From positions 1 through 36,024 of IMG/VR virus record IMGVR_UViG_3300032269_001237: a DNA stretch of 36,024 nucleotides; one strand, 5' to 3'. Source of the DNA: a virus. Its lineage: Duplodnaviria; Caudoviricetes. Shown here piece by piece: positions 35,370-36,024 of the stretch. The notes under the pieces were generated by a model. The model had not been told where the DNA came from, did no database searches, and saw only the letters and a list, made by a program, of their open reading frames with translations. The position numbers and the translations under genes were made by a program. Each line of letters starts with the position of its first letter. Position 1 is the stretch's first letter.

Positions 35370-35551
35370 ATCAAAATGAGCTAATCAAGTGGGGAGTATT
35401 TTTGCTCTCGCTCGTTTCCTCAATCTTCGGGCTAGCAGGCTACGCGTTTAATCAGTTTGAGAGTAGAGAAAACTCAGCTGAGATGCACAGATTTATAGAG
35501 AAGCGATTGGATCAAATCGAGGATAAAATTGATCAGTTAATTACGCGGTAA
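35357..35551 (+). CDS. Single-transmembrane coiled-coil protein (second holin/antiholin-like)
   Basis: TM segment WGVFLLSLVSSIFGLAGYAF then RLDQIEDKIDQL; start may be GTG 35366. Confidence 0.6.
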   Translation: MFTVNQNELIKWGVFLLSLVSSIFGLAGYAFNQFESRENSAEMHRFIEKRLDQIEDKIDQLITR

Positions 35552-35763
35552 TCAGTAAGGACTAGCCTGATTTGCGTGCCGTCTTTCGTCTCGTAGGTCA
35601 CTCTTTGTTTTTCCAAAAACTCCCGTTTCAAAATTTGGTTCTTACTCTCTGGAATTTGATGGACGATCAAATCAAGATCATTCTCAGTAAGCTCATAGAC
35701 TGAGACCTGTGAGCGGTAGAAGTCTTGATAGTTCACGATTTTCAAAAGCTGATAGCGAATCAC
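35533..35763 (-). CDS. Hypothetical protein
   Basis: 76-aa ORF convergent with the lysis cassette. Confidence 0.5.
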   Translation of the reverse strand: MIRYQLLKIVNYQDFYRSQVSVYELTENDLDLIVHQIPESKNQILKREFLEKQRVTYETKDGTQIRLVLTDYRVIN

Positions 35764-35901
35764 GCTAGAGTTTTACGATGAGATACTCAATTTTATAATT
35801 AGCCGTGTCAGTTTTTTTAATCCCGGTGCATCGTATAGCCGCGACGCACCGAGATCTCTCCGTCTGTTGGACTCAGAAAATCAGGTGATCACACAATGAG
35901 A

Positions 35902-36024
35902 AAGGGTTCAAACGAAAAAGGTTTATATTTTGTATGTTTTAGCTTTTGCAAAACAACTCGCGGACTGACAGATTTTGATGTTGTAGTTGTCGTCAATTTT
36001 TACAAAAATCCCCCTCAGTCTGAT
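35902..36024. repeat. Terminal direct repeat, copy 2
   Basis: Identical to 1-123. Confidence 0.95.

Noticed and set aside
35902-36024. Genuine physical terminal repeats
   Set aside because: An exact 123-nt overlap falling inside open reading frames is more simply an assembler overlap; it cannot be distinguished without reads
1-36024. Alternative genetic code or stop-codon reassignment
   Set aside because: The standard code gives dense, full-length, tightly coupled genes ending in TAA, TAG and TGA

Overview
This window appears to be a complete, circularly assembled ~35.9 kb tailed-phage genome: bases 1-123 recur exactly at 35902-36024. It looks siphovirus-like (tail tube, frameshifted tail chaperones, tape measure, no sheath seen). 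The host is probably Gram-negative because a two-component spanin is present. The layout runs as follows: an AT-rich island with a ParB-like/DNA-methyltransferase fusion; a lambda-like replication module (initiator with internal iterons, two helicase-loader-like paralogues); Bet/RecT, SSB, an Xis-like HTH and VRR-NUC; a displaced fibre/spike module upstream of the terminase; head genes; tail genes with many fibre proteins; and an SLT endolysin, holin-like genes and spanins. I recognised no integrase, CI-like repressor, exonuclease or DNA polymerase. The most unusual elements are: (1) a tRNA-shaped RNA with no canonical anticodon loop, followed by a 26-aa membrane peptide, between terL and the head genes; (2) a cassette of a 31x hexamer (W/G/R)-Ser repeat ORF, an Sm-fold-like ORF and a 24-aa membrane peptide; (3) a ~75-aa beta-rich module reused about seven times in six virion proteins, including two paralogous fibres in separate loci; and (4) a structured, attenuator-like leader with twin CGTCAA loops ahead of the replication gene. 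All product calls come from motifs recognised by eye and from gene order; no database searches were run.
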